A stretch of DNA of 64,000 nt from Paragordius varius (Eukaryota > Animalia > Nematomorpha), in contig OZ176053.1 of the NCBI GenBank assembly GCA_964247055.1, positions 4,526,001 to 4,590,000 on the forward strand. Direction: 5' to 3'. Of this stretch, positions 51,603 through 63,489 are shown piece by piece. A program made the position numbers and the translations under genes. Positions within the stretch are counted from its first letter, which is position 1. Each line of letters begins with the position of its first letter. The notes beneath the pieces were generated by a model that worked only from the letters and a program-made list of their open reading frames with translations, did no database searches and had not been told where the DNA came from.

Positions 51603-54195
51603 TTAAAAGAATGTTAGTTTCGCCAGGTTAAAATTATATTTAAATTATGTAATCGTACAAACGTTTGGTGCTTACTCCCACCAAATGTCAATTCCAATTC
51701 TAGTCAAATGTAGAGTTAATTTTAAGATAATATGTTTGCTGAAAAAAGGTGGTTCTAAATGAGAATGGTTTTTGAGGTACAATATCGGAAATATTAGGGA
51801 CAAATGACAACCTTACCCTTTCGTGCGACCTTTCAGCTGTTCAACTGGAATGCAAACCCTACCGTTAACTTCCTGTTTTAAACTAATCAATTTTGGGTCA
51901 TATAATATGCCGAAGATTGGTAGCCAGCTTTGCTCCAATATCAGCGGCAATAACAATACTTCCCAGAATGTCATCCTCCCACGATGATTGGCATAATCTC
52001 GTCATAGTGAGGTCTATCATGAATTGAACTTGCATTACGCATTAGAGGTTGCGCATGGTATGTATGAAAACAAAAAATATAAACCATAGAAATTATGCGG
52101 TTACCTTTAATGTATAAATGTAAATAAATATAAAAGTATTGTCCACATTCTACTTTCCAAAAGTTTGAAAAAAGTTCAAAGTACACCTTAATATAGTAGT
52201 ATGAGGTATAAACATTAAAAATGACCACATCCAACAAAGCCATATTCGTGGATCCATTTTTAATCTTATGGTTTTTGCTAGTGTTTATGGACATGAAAAA
52301 TTGAGCTGCGACAAAATTATCCATTTCTTTCATAAGTGTCATTAAAATAATCATAAATTCATTGCAGCGATTAAATAGATTTGGTATCCGTAAATCTTCA
52401 TGGAAGTAAGCCCGGTGGGACCCACCCACATGTTTATACGATAGACGATTTTAAATCATTTAGTGGAGGCAAATTAACATACGAAACAAATAACAGTCCA
52501 AAATCAACATACGTTGCAAGACTGAAAATACGCCGCTTTGTCACAAGATTGCACTATATAATACCGATAACGCTGCGTCGAAAATCTGGTTCCTGCTAAA
52601 ATATTAAATTCTGATAGTAAATTGTTTCTAGATTATCTTTTTTGGTTTTGGGTAAGATTGATATAGGAAAGTTATATACATTTTTGTGGTAAGTCAATAG
52701 AATATGGCAAAATTTGCGCACATAAAAAACGTTTTTGGTGAGAGTTAAAAATTTCATTCCAAAAATATCACTGAAATGTATCATAAACTACCTCTAAAGG
52801 CAAAACAATTAAAATTTCACCTTTTAGATGGGATCCAATATCAAATTTTTTGTTCTTCAAAAATGGGCTATTTTTTTAAAAGTAAACAGCTGGGAATGCG
52901 CAATAAAAATTTTAAATATATGCTCAATTTTGATATCTTTGATAAAACCTCAAAATTTGGAAAATTTACATTTCTTCAAATTTAAGTTAATTGTGTTTTA
53001 CAAATATTCACCTTTCAAAGCAAACGAGTTAAATTAAAATTTTGAAGGGTGCAATTTTTAGCATCATGAATTATATGGATAATATCTTGGGGGGTTTTTA
53101 TGCCGTTTAAATGCCTGAAGATAAGTAGACGCTTCAACAATATTTTGCTAAAAATTGAATTTTTGAAAAAAGTATGCATTTTTTTTTAATTGATATCAAA
53201 ATTTTGCATATATTTTAACATTTTTATCGCACAATTTCATCATATATGCGTTTTAAGATAACTAGCCCATTTTATAAGAATGAAAAAAATTAGGTCTCTT
53301 GGAACCCACATATAAAATTAAATTTTCTTTAAAATATTGTTTTATTCTTTAATATGTAGTTTATGATATCTTGAATGAAGCATTTAGGTTAAACCAAAAA
53401 AGTTTATTTATGCGCAAATTTTCCATTTTCTGATATGAAGCATAAATCACTAGTAAGGGTCAAAACAAAACCACCATGATAATCGTAATACATTCTCATC
53501 AAATTATATATATAGGATATTTTTTTATAACAATTTTGAACGAATGTATATTTAAAACTGAACATATAACAACTAAGAACTCAGCGATATCTCAATTCGA
53601 TAGACTACAGTTAAGACTACTCCAAAATTCTTGATGTTTTACCGGTTTAAATAATACGCCAAAATTTAATAAAGAAGCGTATTATTATTGTTTATTAAAC
53701 AATAGACGAAAGGATAAATATGATCTCCACAATCAATATCTTGAATCATAACAATGATAAATCAACTGCTGCATATTAATTCTCACAAATTGTATTCTAT
53801 ATTGACACCAAAGGTATTAGTATTTTTATTAAAATTCTCACTGAAAGTAGTAACAGAAGTTCTATCCATCACTCTATAGCTAAAGGTGTAAAAATGATTT
53901 CTGTGAAAGTATCTATTAATATTGTTCGATATAATGTGCGCTAATTTTGCCACTTAGCAAATTACCACAAAAACCTTCTTAAATATGTCAGCCCCAAAAC
54001 CCAAATAATGATAATACATTTTTTTATTGGAATATACATCATCAATTTATTTTTTGCGCACTGTAAATATGGTTTAGCTAAAATAGTAACAAATCAATCT
54101 TATTTATATTATACGTCTAAGCACCATATTTAGATCTAATCCTTATATGACTTTTGTTACAAACTAAATAAATTAATAGTCACACAAATCATTCG

Positions 54196-57100
54196 TTATT
54201 TATTTTTGGATGTACTACTGCCTAACACTTTTTTTACAATTTTAAAATGTTTTTCGTTATTTTTTATGTCATCATAAATTTCATCTTGATCCTCCTTTGA
54301 TGTCGTTTTTCGATATGATTTCATAATGTCAAAATGTTCGTATGGTCGAGCTATTTTATCGCGATGTGCCAATTCACGTTCAGTGAAATAAGAATCTAAA
54401 TCTTTGATACCTTTTAGTTCCTGTATTTCCCATTTTTCTCGCCATGGTCGAGGCTTCATAACAACCTAGACATATAAAGAAAATTGTAATTAAACAGAAA
54501 AAACGTAAAACATATAGCCAAATATTTTTTTTAAAAAAACAACTATGCTTTATTAAACCTTAATTTTTCCTATCATTCAATTATAATTTAAAAATATATA
54601 ATTGATTGTGTTACCAATTTATACAACTTTTCATATTTTGCAATTTAAAACAATGATTTAAATAAATAATAATATCTATTTAAAAAAGTACAGCGGTATG
54701 TAAATAAAAGAGGAGGAGTTAAATTAAAATATTGTTATACTGTGAAACCCTTATAATGACATCCTTCTCTTGATACAGTGCCACTTAATTAATTAATACT
54801 AATCACTTTTCTAATTTTGAATAAGGCTTTAAAATTTAGTAATCTAAAGTTGGATATGCCTCTCTACTAACTTACAAGTTTGTGGGTATTGAACCTTAAA
54901 AATGAGCCAAAAAATTCTAATCTATATATTTATAAAAATGGAAAGTGGTGGCTTTCTGTCTGTTTCCGGAAAACCGGCACACCCATTCAAATCCGAATGT
55001 CGAAAAAATATAATCATTTATAAATGCCCCGACAATAGCTTGGCCCTTTTTTGAATTAGGCCCCCAGTCCGGGCCCACCCCGTGTGAAAAACGGTTTCGT
55101 GTCTTTGAGACAATTTTCCGGGAAACGTGTTGGACCATTCGATTTCAAATAAGATTTTTATTTACTTTTTGATTGTGCCGAACATAGTCGGCTCACTTTT
55201 TAAATTTAGGCCCTCTTTTTACCCGCTCCTTCCGTAAAATGTCATCCGCTAAAAACTGATCCGTCATATCGAAAAAGCGTGCCTTTTGGGCTAAATTTCA
55301 GAAAACCTATCAGGTCATATGAGTTCAATAGCTGCTTAAAATATTACCCGTAACGAGGCACAAATTTTGGCCGTGCGGTTTTTTAAAATTAGCCGTTAGT
55401 TAGGCCCTTCACGCCCTGATTTTTTAATTTTAGGAATTTTTTCCAAAAACTAATGAGAGCATATGTAATCAATCATGATTCCAGGTATTCTCCGTAAATA
55501 GGCAAAAATTTTAATCAAGCGCTTTTTTTGTATCAGCCTCTGGGTAGGCAGCTACCCGCCTAAAACTGCGTCACATATCAAAATTGCGTTGTTTTGGAAC
55601 TAATTTAAAGAAAACCTAGGACATATGAGTTAAAGTTCGAAATAGTACCCGTAACTAGGTAAAAACTAAGGTAAGGCCTTTTTTTATTGGCCGTTAATTT
55701 GGGGCCTTTATGCCCTAAAATTACGCCATCATATAACGATTATTTAGTGTTATTGTATTTCGAATAACCCCTGAGACGATGGTTTCAAAGATGATTCCAA
55801 ATATTTTCCCTATAAAGGCCAAAAATTTAACTTAGTGCTTTTTCCATATAGGCCTATGGGTAGGGTCTACCGGTTTAAAACTGAGACGCCATACGAAACC
55901 GGCGTGGCTTTGGAGCTGATTCCAAAAAACTTAAGAAGCCATACGAGTTCAATAAAGGCTTTATATATTATTCATAAAAAGGTAAAAATTATAGTATAGC
56001 GGTTTTTTCAGTTAGCCGTCAATTTGGGGCCTTTACACCAGTAAACAATATATTAGTATGAATGCACCGTTTAGAAAATCCTATGAGATCGACTATTAAA
56101 TAATGTTTCGAAATAATCCACATATATGGATCTTTTATTGATCCCCTTTTTCAAATAGCCCGGCCAGAAGTCCAAAGGACTTCCTCGGACTGCGTAGCAG
56201 CACGAGATTTACCTAGTTATCTATAAAATATATTGATAAATAGAAAAATGAATAAATTTTATAGATATTTAAATCAGGGGTGTCCAACACAAATACCTTG
56301 ACGGCTGTTTTGGTAATTCTTCTTTTTATATTTATTATGAGCCATTCTAAAAAGTCGTATATTTTTTAACAATTTTTATATTTTTAACATTTTAGCATAC
56401 CGAAAAAACGTGTTAGACATCCCTGATTTAAAACATGATTGCGGATAATCACCCAATTTTTTCCGATCATCGAGGTATAATGATGAGAAGTCTACTGTAT
56501 ATCCCTAAAAAGTTGATGATCCCATTTAAATTTTTAAAAAGCCAAGAGCTTTTGTCGACAAAAAATGCTACTTTCATTTTGCTTAAAAAGGGAATTTTAC
56601 ATATATGGTGTAATACTTTTTTCATTTTTCAATAATCTTAATTTTAAGTGCAATTTAAAAATGTTTTCACAATCAAGTTAGGTTGGCGCCATTAAAAATA
56701 CTGTTTTATATCTTAATTATTGTATTAGATAAATATCACCGATCACACTGTCAAATCTTTCTAAAAAATGTATAATTTTTGGAAGTCGTGTAAGGAATAT
56801 TACGTTTTCCGGGGAAATTAGTGATAATAAACGGATAAAAAGTTTTAAAAACACATTTTTCAGAATAAAATCAAGTCGAAAGTTTTTACAACTTTTAAAA
56901 TGTTATATTTTACAACTTTTAAAATGTTATAAATCAAATCCAATTTATATAAAAAAATTTTTTATGGGTTCAAGTGGTTAATCATGATATAAAACTCTAT
57001 TTTATCTTAAATTTTTTCAGTTGTTAAATTAGCGATTTAGCACTTTAACTTTGTTCTATGTTTCATTGTATAAAAGTAATAAAGCGTTAACAAGGCATTC

Positions 57101-58795
57101 GTCAACAATTATTTTATTTAGTAATCATTCGATCAATTTCTAGGGTATACTGTGTCAAACGCCTTTTAATATCAAAGAAAGGGTGATAGATATTATCTTC
57201 TTTGCTTTGGTAATTATCCCCCAGTTATGATAGGGTATAGATCGGATCTATTGTGCTTGTGTTTCTTGAAACGCAAATTGCATTGGATTGATGGATATAC
57301 CTTCCCTGAATTTATTTTCTAAAACTGATTCTTGACGGTGTGTTCAAGGAGTTCAGAAAGTCGATAAAAAACATTAATTCCCTTTAATTTTTATATATAC
57401 CAATTAGTATGTTTTCATCCTTCAAAAATTTTATCCCTAATTGATTATATGGAAAAGATTTTGAAGTTGGTCTGATATAATAATATCATTTGTAAGCTCT
57501 GTACACAATGAAAGTCTTTAAATCAGTTCTAGAAGATATATTAAACGATTATTCATCAATCAAATACAATGGATCCCAATATAACACAAGTTCAAATCCA
57601 GAACTTTAAAAAACTCAGGAATAAATAACAGAGCAAATGGGAAATAAGGGAAAATATTGTTGAATGGCTTGTTAACACCATATTAATTTTATATGATGAA
57701 CATAGCAAAGTTGGACATCCCTAAATATACCGAAAACTTTTAAATTAACGCAGGCCTTCATCAGGGTTTTTTAGCCCCTACTCTTTACAACGGTTATAAT
57801 GTAAATGAAAATTCTCGAACGATTTCATATAAAATGTTATACGATAATTCAATACACAATAATTCTAATTACAAAGATATAGAAATATTTCGAAAATGGA
57901 TTAAAAATCAAAAACAAAACTAAAATCTTAAATAAAATCGAAAAAGTGTTGGGTTTAACTGAATTCTGTTGGTAATTTTTACTGTGGATCCAAAAGCTGT
58001 GTGATTTTTTATAATATTGTCATCCTACTGATGCTCTTAAAATTTCATAATTATCCGTTAAATTTTATAGTCAAATCATCAAATAAAAATTAAATTTTTT
58101 TCGCCCTCGCTATTTATTCATAAGAAATATATGATAAAAATAACCTGAGTAGTGTTAATGGGAACTGGATCGTTTGGAGAATGAAATGTTTTTGGCATGT
58201 TGGGATCAAAAGTGGAATATTCAGGTAGCGCATCTTTAAGGTATAATAAGTGATCATCCAATCTTTTTTCCAATCTCAAAACCTCAATTGATAAGATGGT
58301 GGGATTGTACATTTCGTAAGAGATTTCCATACCTGTTTAAATAAATATATATATGGTACCCATATTATCGATTACATTTCTTAGCATAAAAAAGTGTCTC
58401 ATTCCATATTCGGCACGTAGTATACACAATCCTGTAAATTTGTTTATTTTTTGGTCGCAATAGGGATCTGATACAGTCACAGTCATTATTGATCCTTTAA
58501 TTAAACAAGCAATTTACCGACATAAAATTCAGGAATATTAATTTGAGAACGCCGCTTTATCATGTCATTTCTTTCCAACATGTGGCATAGTTTGTTCTTC
58601 TTGGTCCAATCAGCATTGTTTGGTAAAAATTCTGGATAAATAAACCTGATACTAGAAATCACAAAACCTGTATTCTCTAACGGTTTTGTCAACAAGCTGT
58701 TGTTCATCTGCATCTTCCATAGGTATTCCATAAAATTTTTGAATAAAACGAAAATTTGAAAAAGTTAAGGGTTTTAAACATCTTTTCACTAACAT
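54196..58795 (-). CDS. MRPL19: Mitochondrial ribosomal protein L19 (bL19m)
   Basis: Exons 58795-58668, 58645-58518, 58494-58360, 58332-58145, 54465-54196 with introns of 22, 23, 27 and 3679 nt. Motifs RFIYPEFLP, IPEFYVGSI, LRLEKRLDDHLLYLKDALPEYSTFD and MKPRPW. Confidence 0.95.
54921..56216 (+). mobile_element. Non-autonomous Helitron with internal ~310-bp tandem repeats, in MRPL19 intron 4
   Basis: A|TC start, CTCGGACTGCGTAGCAGCACGAG hairpin, CTAG|T end. About three diverged units start near 55251, 55562 and 55878. Confidence 0.85.
56275..56425. mobile_element. hAT-like MITE
   Basis: TIR CAGGGGTGTCCAAC / GTTAGACATCCCTG with an 8-bp near-duplication ATTTAAAT / ATTTAAAA. Confidence 0.7.
57100..57700 (-). 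mobile_element. Possible decayed Penelope-like RT C-terminal fragment
   Basis: A long, mostly open minus frame with scattered stops. LYLIDE*SFNISSRTDLKTFIVYRAYK*YYYIRPTS resembles the FLDLxI..LKTSVYRKPT..YLH segment. Confidence 0.35.
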
Positions 58796-59928
58796 TGAAA
58801 AGTTATAATCAGGTGCATTAAAATATATCATTGGTATCGCGATAGATTAAATTTTACAGTTCATTATATCTTTTTTTGTACGCGATGATTTTTATGGGTA
58901 AACAAGTTACTTTTTTGAAACTTGCTAACCTTAAATATCGAACCCTCTTCTCCCGTATCAAAAAACCAATAATTTTATAGTTTATTAATTTGTTCCGAAA
59001 TCGGATAGCTTCGAAATACAATTGAAGGAGGCTGATATTAATATTAATCAATAATTTTTTATAGCATGCTATTTCAAATCTTTCCAAAATTATTTACATT
59101 TTTAACACTTCCTGACATTTTTATTTTTTATAAGCAATGACATATCGTAGTTTTCTATCCCAGTTAAAATAATAAACAAACTGCTGCCTTGAATTATTTT
59201 GGCTATAATTTACTTATCAACCCATCGTCTCGTGTATTAGAAAAACTCAAAATTCTTTTAGAGTCCCGAATTAAGACATCTCCAAAACACAATTCAAATA
59301 AACGGCTAAAATTAAAATCAACAAACATAATATACAGTTGTTTGCGTGTAGTATTCACGTTTATATGTAGTTTATGGTATATTTTAGTAATATTTTTGGA
59401 ATGATGCGTTTAGTTTTTACCAATAAGTTTTTAAAAAATTGTCCGCAATTTTTGCCATTTCCTGGTATGAAACAACAAAGTCTTAATAACTTTTTTTAAA
59501 TAATTATTCAGGGACAAAACCAGAATCAACATAAATCTGATATATTTTTCTATCAGAAAATACATATTTCATTATTTTATTAAAGCTATTTCAAAAAATT
59601 TGTGAAACCAATGTAAAAATTATATAACTAGCTGAAATAAACATCCGTTCATGCCAGGTTAAAGATCTAAACTTTAATATTTGTTATAATTGGTTAAAAT
59701 CAAATTCTTTCATGATGATAATTACAAACTATTTTTTGTTTTTTAATCGTCTTTGATCAATGGTACGCCTGAAAGATCCGTTGTAATCTTAATATACGTA
59801 CCCGTTACTAATGAACATTATTAGTTTAAGCAAATTTAATTGTCCTCAACTTAATGGTCCTAGCAAATCGTTAATTAAAATTAAATTTTGTAATCTCTTA
59901 AGACGTCCATATATTATTAAACAATCTA

Positions 59929-62741
59929 CTAAATGCCATTTATTAAATAATCTTCTATAAATTTATATTTACAAACAGTAATGTTCTTATCCTCATTCTT
60001 TTCAAGGTAAAAACATCCGTACATATTTATGAGTTTCCGTTGAAAATCTGTGATAATCTAAACATGAACATATATAATATATTATATAAAATAGCTAGGG
60101 GGATGGATAAATAGTTTAACCTAAATTTTATGTAAATTAAGAAAAATGCTCAATTAAAAAATCTAATCTATGGGTCATTATTGATTTTTAATATATGTTA
60201 AACTAGACATTTTTCTTAACTATCCATATTATAAAGAAAAATCTATAATTAGTTTTAACCTGGAGTTTCTTTTTCCTCGATGTTTCGTCCTTATTCATAG
60301 ACAATTTCTAGATAAAAAAATCATTATTGATGTTTATACCTCAAATTCAAATGATGAGATCGTAGCCAATTTCGTCAATACCTAATTTATAAAAATGTAA
60401 TATTCATTTGGTTTGGATAATTTTTTTATGAAATATAAAAAATAAATCCAATATTTTATAATTTAATATAAACATTGTTAGAGATAAAGGCATCTACACA
60501 ACCCGTCCCATCCGTCAATTTAACTTGAAGAACCCAACCTGCTTGAGGGTGGCGTTGTAATTTAGTTAGTAAAGTGTGAATCATACCCTACATCAATCAG
60601 AATTAAAGTTTGTAAAGATAAAACATAAATATGTCGAATTAAATGTTTTTTAATAGCCACAATTTTTAAAAGATATACCATATTTTTAGATTCTTTATGT
60701 AACTTTGATTAGGTTTGTTAAATAGGGGTTGTCAAATACGAATTCAGAACTCTTCAGATCAATAACCATTATAATATAAATAGAAAAAACGGGTCTCATG
60801 ATAGCTTACTTTTAAATTGCGGCTCTTACTGACTTTATTGAAGCAATTTAACAATATTATTTTCTATGAAAATTTAAGTACCATAATAACGAATGGTTTT
60901 TGTACATCTGTTTTATCCATGTTTTGATTTTGATTATTATTTAACCATGTTGAAATATGGATTAAATAATTTAATTGATCCATTTTGCAATTGTGATCCA
61001 ATGTATTAGTGTCTTCCCTCTTTTTATCAGGGCTAACTGGAGTAGGTATATTGAGACAAGTATCATCCAAATCTAAAATATTATCGGCAACTAAATAAAT
61101 CATATAAGTAATGCATAATACTTGTCTCATCAAGATCTATACTTATAGGAATAATTTCTTTGTTAGTTATAGGCTTAGATGAAGTTGGATGAGGGCTATT
61201 AACAGCAGTTATTTCCAAATGTGATAAATCTAAAATTGATTTATTTACACTATTACTTGGTAAATTATCTTGAAGTATTTTATTTGTGGCAGGTTGTTTT
61301 AGAGTCATATTATCGGTTTCTAGATTATATTCTGTACCAACATTACAAGACAAATCCATGATTTTTTTAACATTACCATTATGAATTAAGGATATATTGG
61401 GTATGGCTTTTTCAACGACAACATCACAATCATTTCTAATTAATAATTATTAATTAAACTTTCAAAAGTAAATGGCTTAAATCGAAATCTAACTTCGTAT
61501 ATAAATTGTCCGAAAAAAATTAAGAATTTTTATAGTATCCAACCTTTAATGTTTAAAATAATGTTTTTTAACATAAAAAATCGTTTGGTAGTTGGCAACA
61601 TCCTTAAATTAATACTAAGTAGATCAAGTTAACAATCAATAGTTGATTGAAGCGCTAATATGCATTAATCGATTTAAAATTATTAACAAAAAGTGTAATT
61701 ATTTTTTTAATCTCAGAGCAAAGGAAATTTGGCAAGGCGAAAATTGCTAGCAATGATTAATTGTGTAATTTTCATGCATATATTAAACTTTAAACGGTTG
61801 CAAAAAAATGCCTAAATTAACCATAATATTAAGTATTTTTAAGTGATCTCAAAGTTTTTACCGCTAACAAAATCACCTTTAAACATTTCAAATTCACTCT
61901 TGAAGATTTCAAAATCACTTGGGCTAACTAACTCATCTAATAAAATATTATTTAATTATCGGTTTATTATGCTAAATTTAAAGAAAGTATTATTTATAAA
62001 TAAAAAATAGGTATTTTTTTATTTTTAAAAATATGAGTTATTTAGGGCAAATTTAAAAGGTTCGAGGATGATGTATATATCGATTTAAGATAATTTGAAA
62101 AAACTCAAATATAAAAAAATTTATACAGTGAAGAAGGTTGAAGGGTTTCATCCATCGGCAACAAATGCGATCTATATATTTGTAACATTTTACTCAAAGT
62201 TGTTATCATTGTTATATTTGTATTTTTGGATTAAATTGAAAACGTGTCCTCCCAAATATTGACAATTGTTCTTCCGCAATAAAATAATCCCGTATCTTAC
62301 TTCAAATTCGCCATGGATAAGTATTTTACAACCAGGATAAATTAATTCAACAAATTTATCGAATTCAAATGCATGAAATATTTGATAACCATCAGTAACT
62401 GTCAAATACCGGTTTTCATGCGAAAAAGACTGTTTTATATAAAAAAAACTTGCCTGAGATTTTTCGAGTTCGGTTCCATATATATCAAATTTATGAATAT
62501 GGGAATATCCAGATTTTAAAATATCCTTAGCCCAAAGTAGTTGTAAAAGTAATGGGCCTTTGAATGCTTGACATTCAACCAAATTTAAATCTGGCAATTG
62601 ATTTATACGCTTATATTTGGAAATATCAAAAGATTCTGTAATGTCATAATGCATAGCTTCTTTAATAAGCTCATCACCTATAGATTTTCTATTTTTAGCC
62701 CAAAGTTCATTTAAGAATAGATAAGTGCATAAAGCTGGCAT
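59929..62741 (-). CDS. RMI1: RecQ-mediated genome instability protein 1 (BTR complex OB-fold protein)
   Basis: Exons 62741-62194, 61435-61122, 61090-60882, 60587-60474, 60381-60340, 60307-60260, 60057-59929 with introns of 758, 31, 294, 92, 32 and 202 nt. N-terminal OB motifs LTVTDG and PGCKILIHG..YLGGHV. C-terminal OB motifs GWVLQVKLTDGTG and FQRKLINMYG. The C-terminal OB distinguishes it from TDRD3. Confidence 0.85.
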
Positions 62742-62798
62742 TTAAATTTAGGGATTTCAAAATATTAATTCATACATTATGTCATTTGCCAAATTTAA
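62742..62798. promoter_or_regulatory. 57-nt head-to-head spacer, RMI1/CCDC174
   Basis: ATG at 62741 (-) and ATG at 62799 (+). Both are preceded by AAATTTAA on their own strand. Confidence 0.55.
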
Positions 62799-63435
62799 AT
62801 GCACTCTTTGAATTCAATTATATCCACAGGAGTATTTATTTTAATATTATAAATCTTTTTACATAGTTTGAACATATTAAAAAGGATTATTTGCGGAAAA
62901 AGGCACAGCAAAATGAATCAAAATGCAATACTGTCAAAATGGAATCAGAGGGACAAACATTAAATGTTATAATTAATAAACCCAAAGTAATATATTATTG
63001 AGATATTTATTTATAGGATAAAGAATTTAAAATGAAAGTCAGAAGTAAGGAAAGTAATTATCGAAGGAAAAAGGACGAAACAGAAGACGAAGATTATGAA
63101 GAGCAAAGAGTTATTCTTTCAAAGTATGATTCTTTAGTACTTGCCAATTTTATTTTTCAAAATTTATTATATTATTTTACTAGGAAACGTTTATTGGCAA
63201 AAAGCAAAGTTTATGATAAATTAACCCATACTCTCCCAAACGATGATATTAATTCACTCTACAGTGTTGATTTCCAAAGAAAATACTTGGAAAATGACGA
63301 TTCTGGCAAAGAGTTTATTTTTTAAAATTAAATATGTAATCAGAGAAGAATATAAAGAGTATCCAGATAAAGAGCTTAAAGTTTCTGAAGCAGTTCATTT
63401 TCAAGAAGTTTTTGGAGACGGTAATATCTTTAAAA

Positions 63436-63489
<54 letters not shown>

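Noticed and set aside
58860-59930. Plus-strand gene head-to-head with MRPL19
   Set aside because: Every micro-intron-assisted assembly I tried hit stops, and part of the interval is a dispersed repeat copy.
59957-59974. 18-nt GT-AG 'intron' in the last RMI1 exon (minus strand; coordinates approximate)
   Set aside because: The unspliced frame is open and fits the RMI1 C-terminus, and splicing would create a TAA. Treated as coding.
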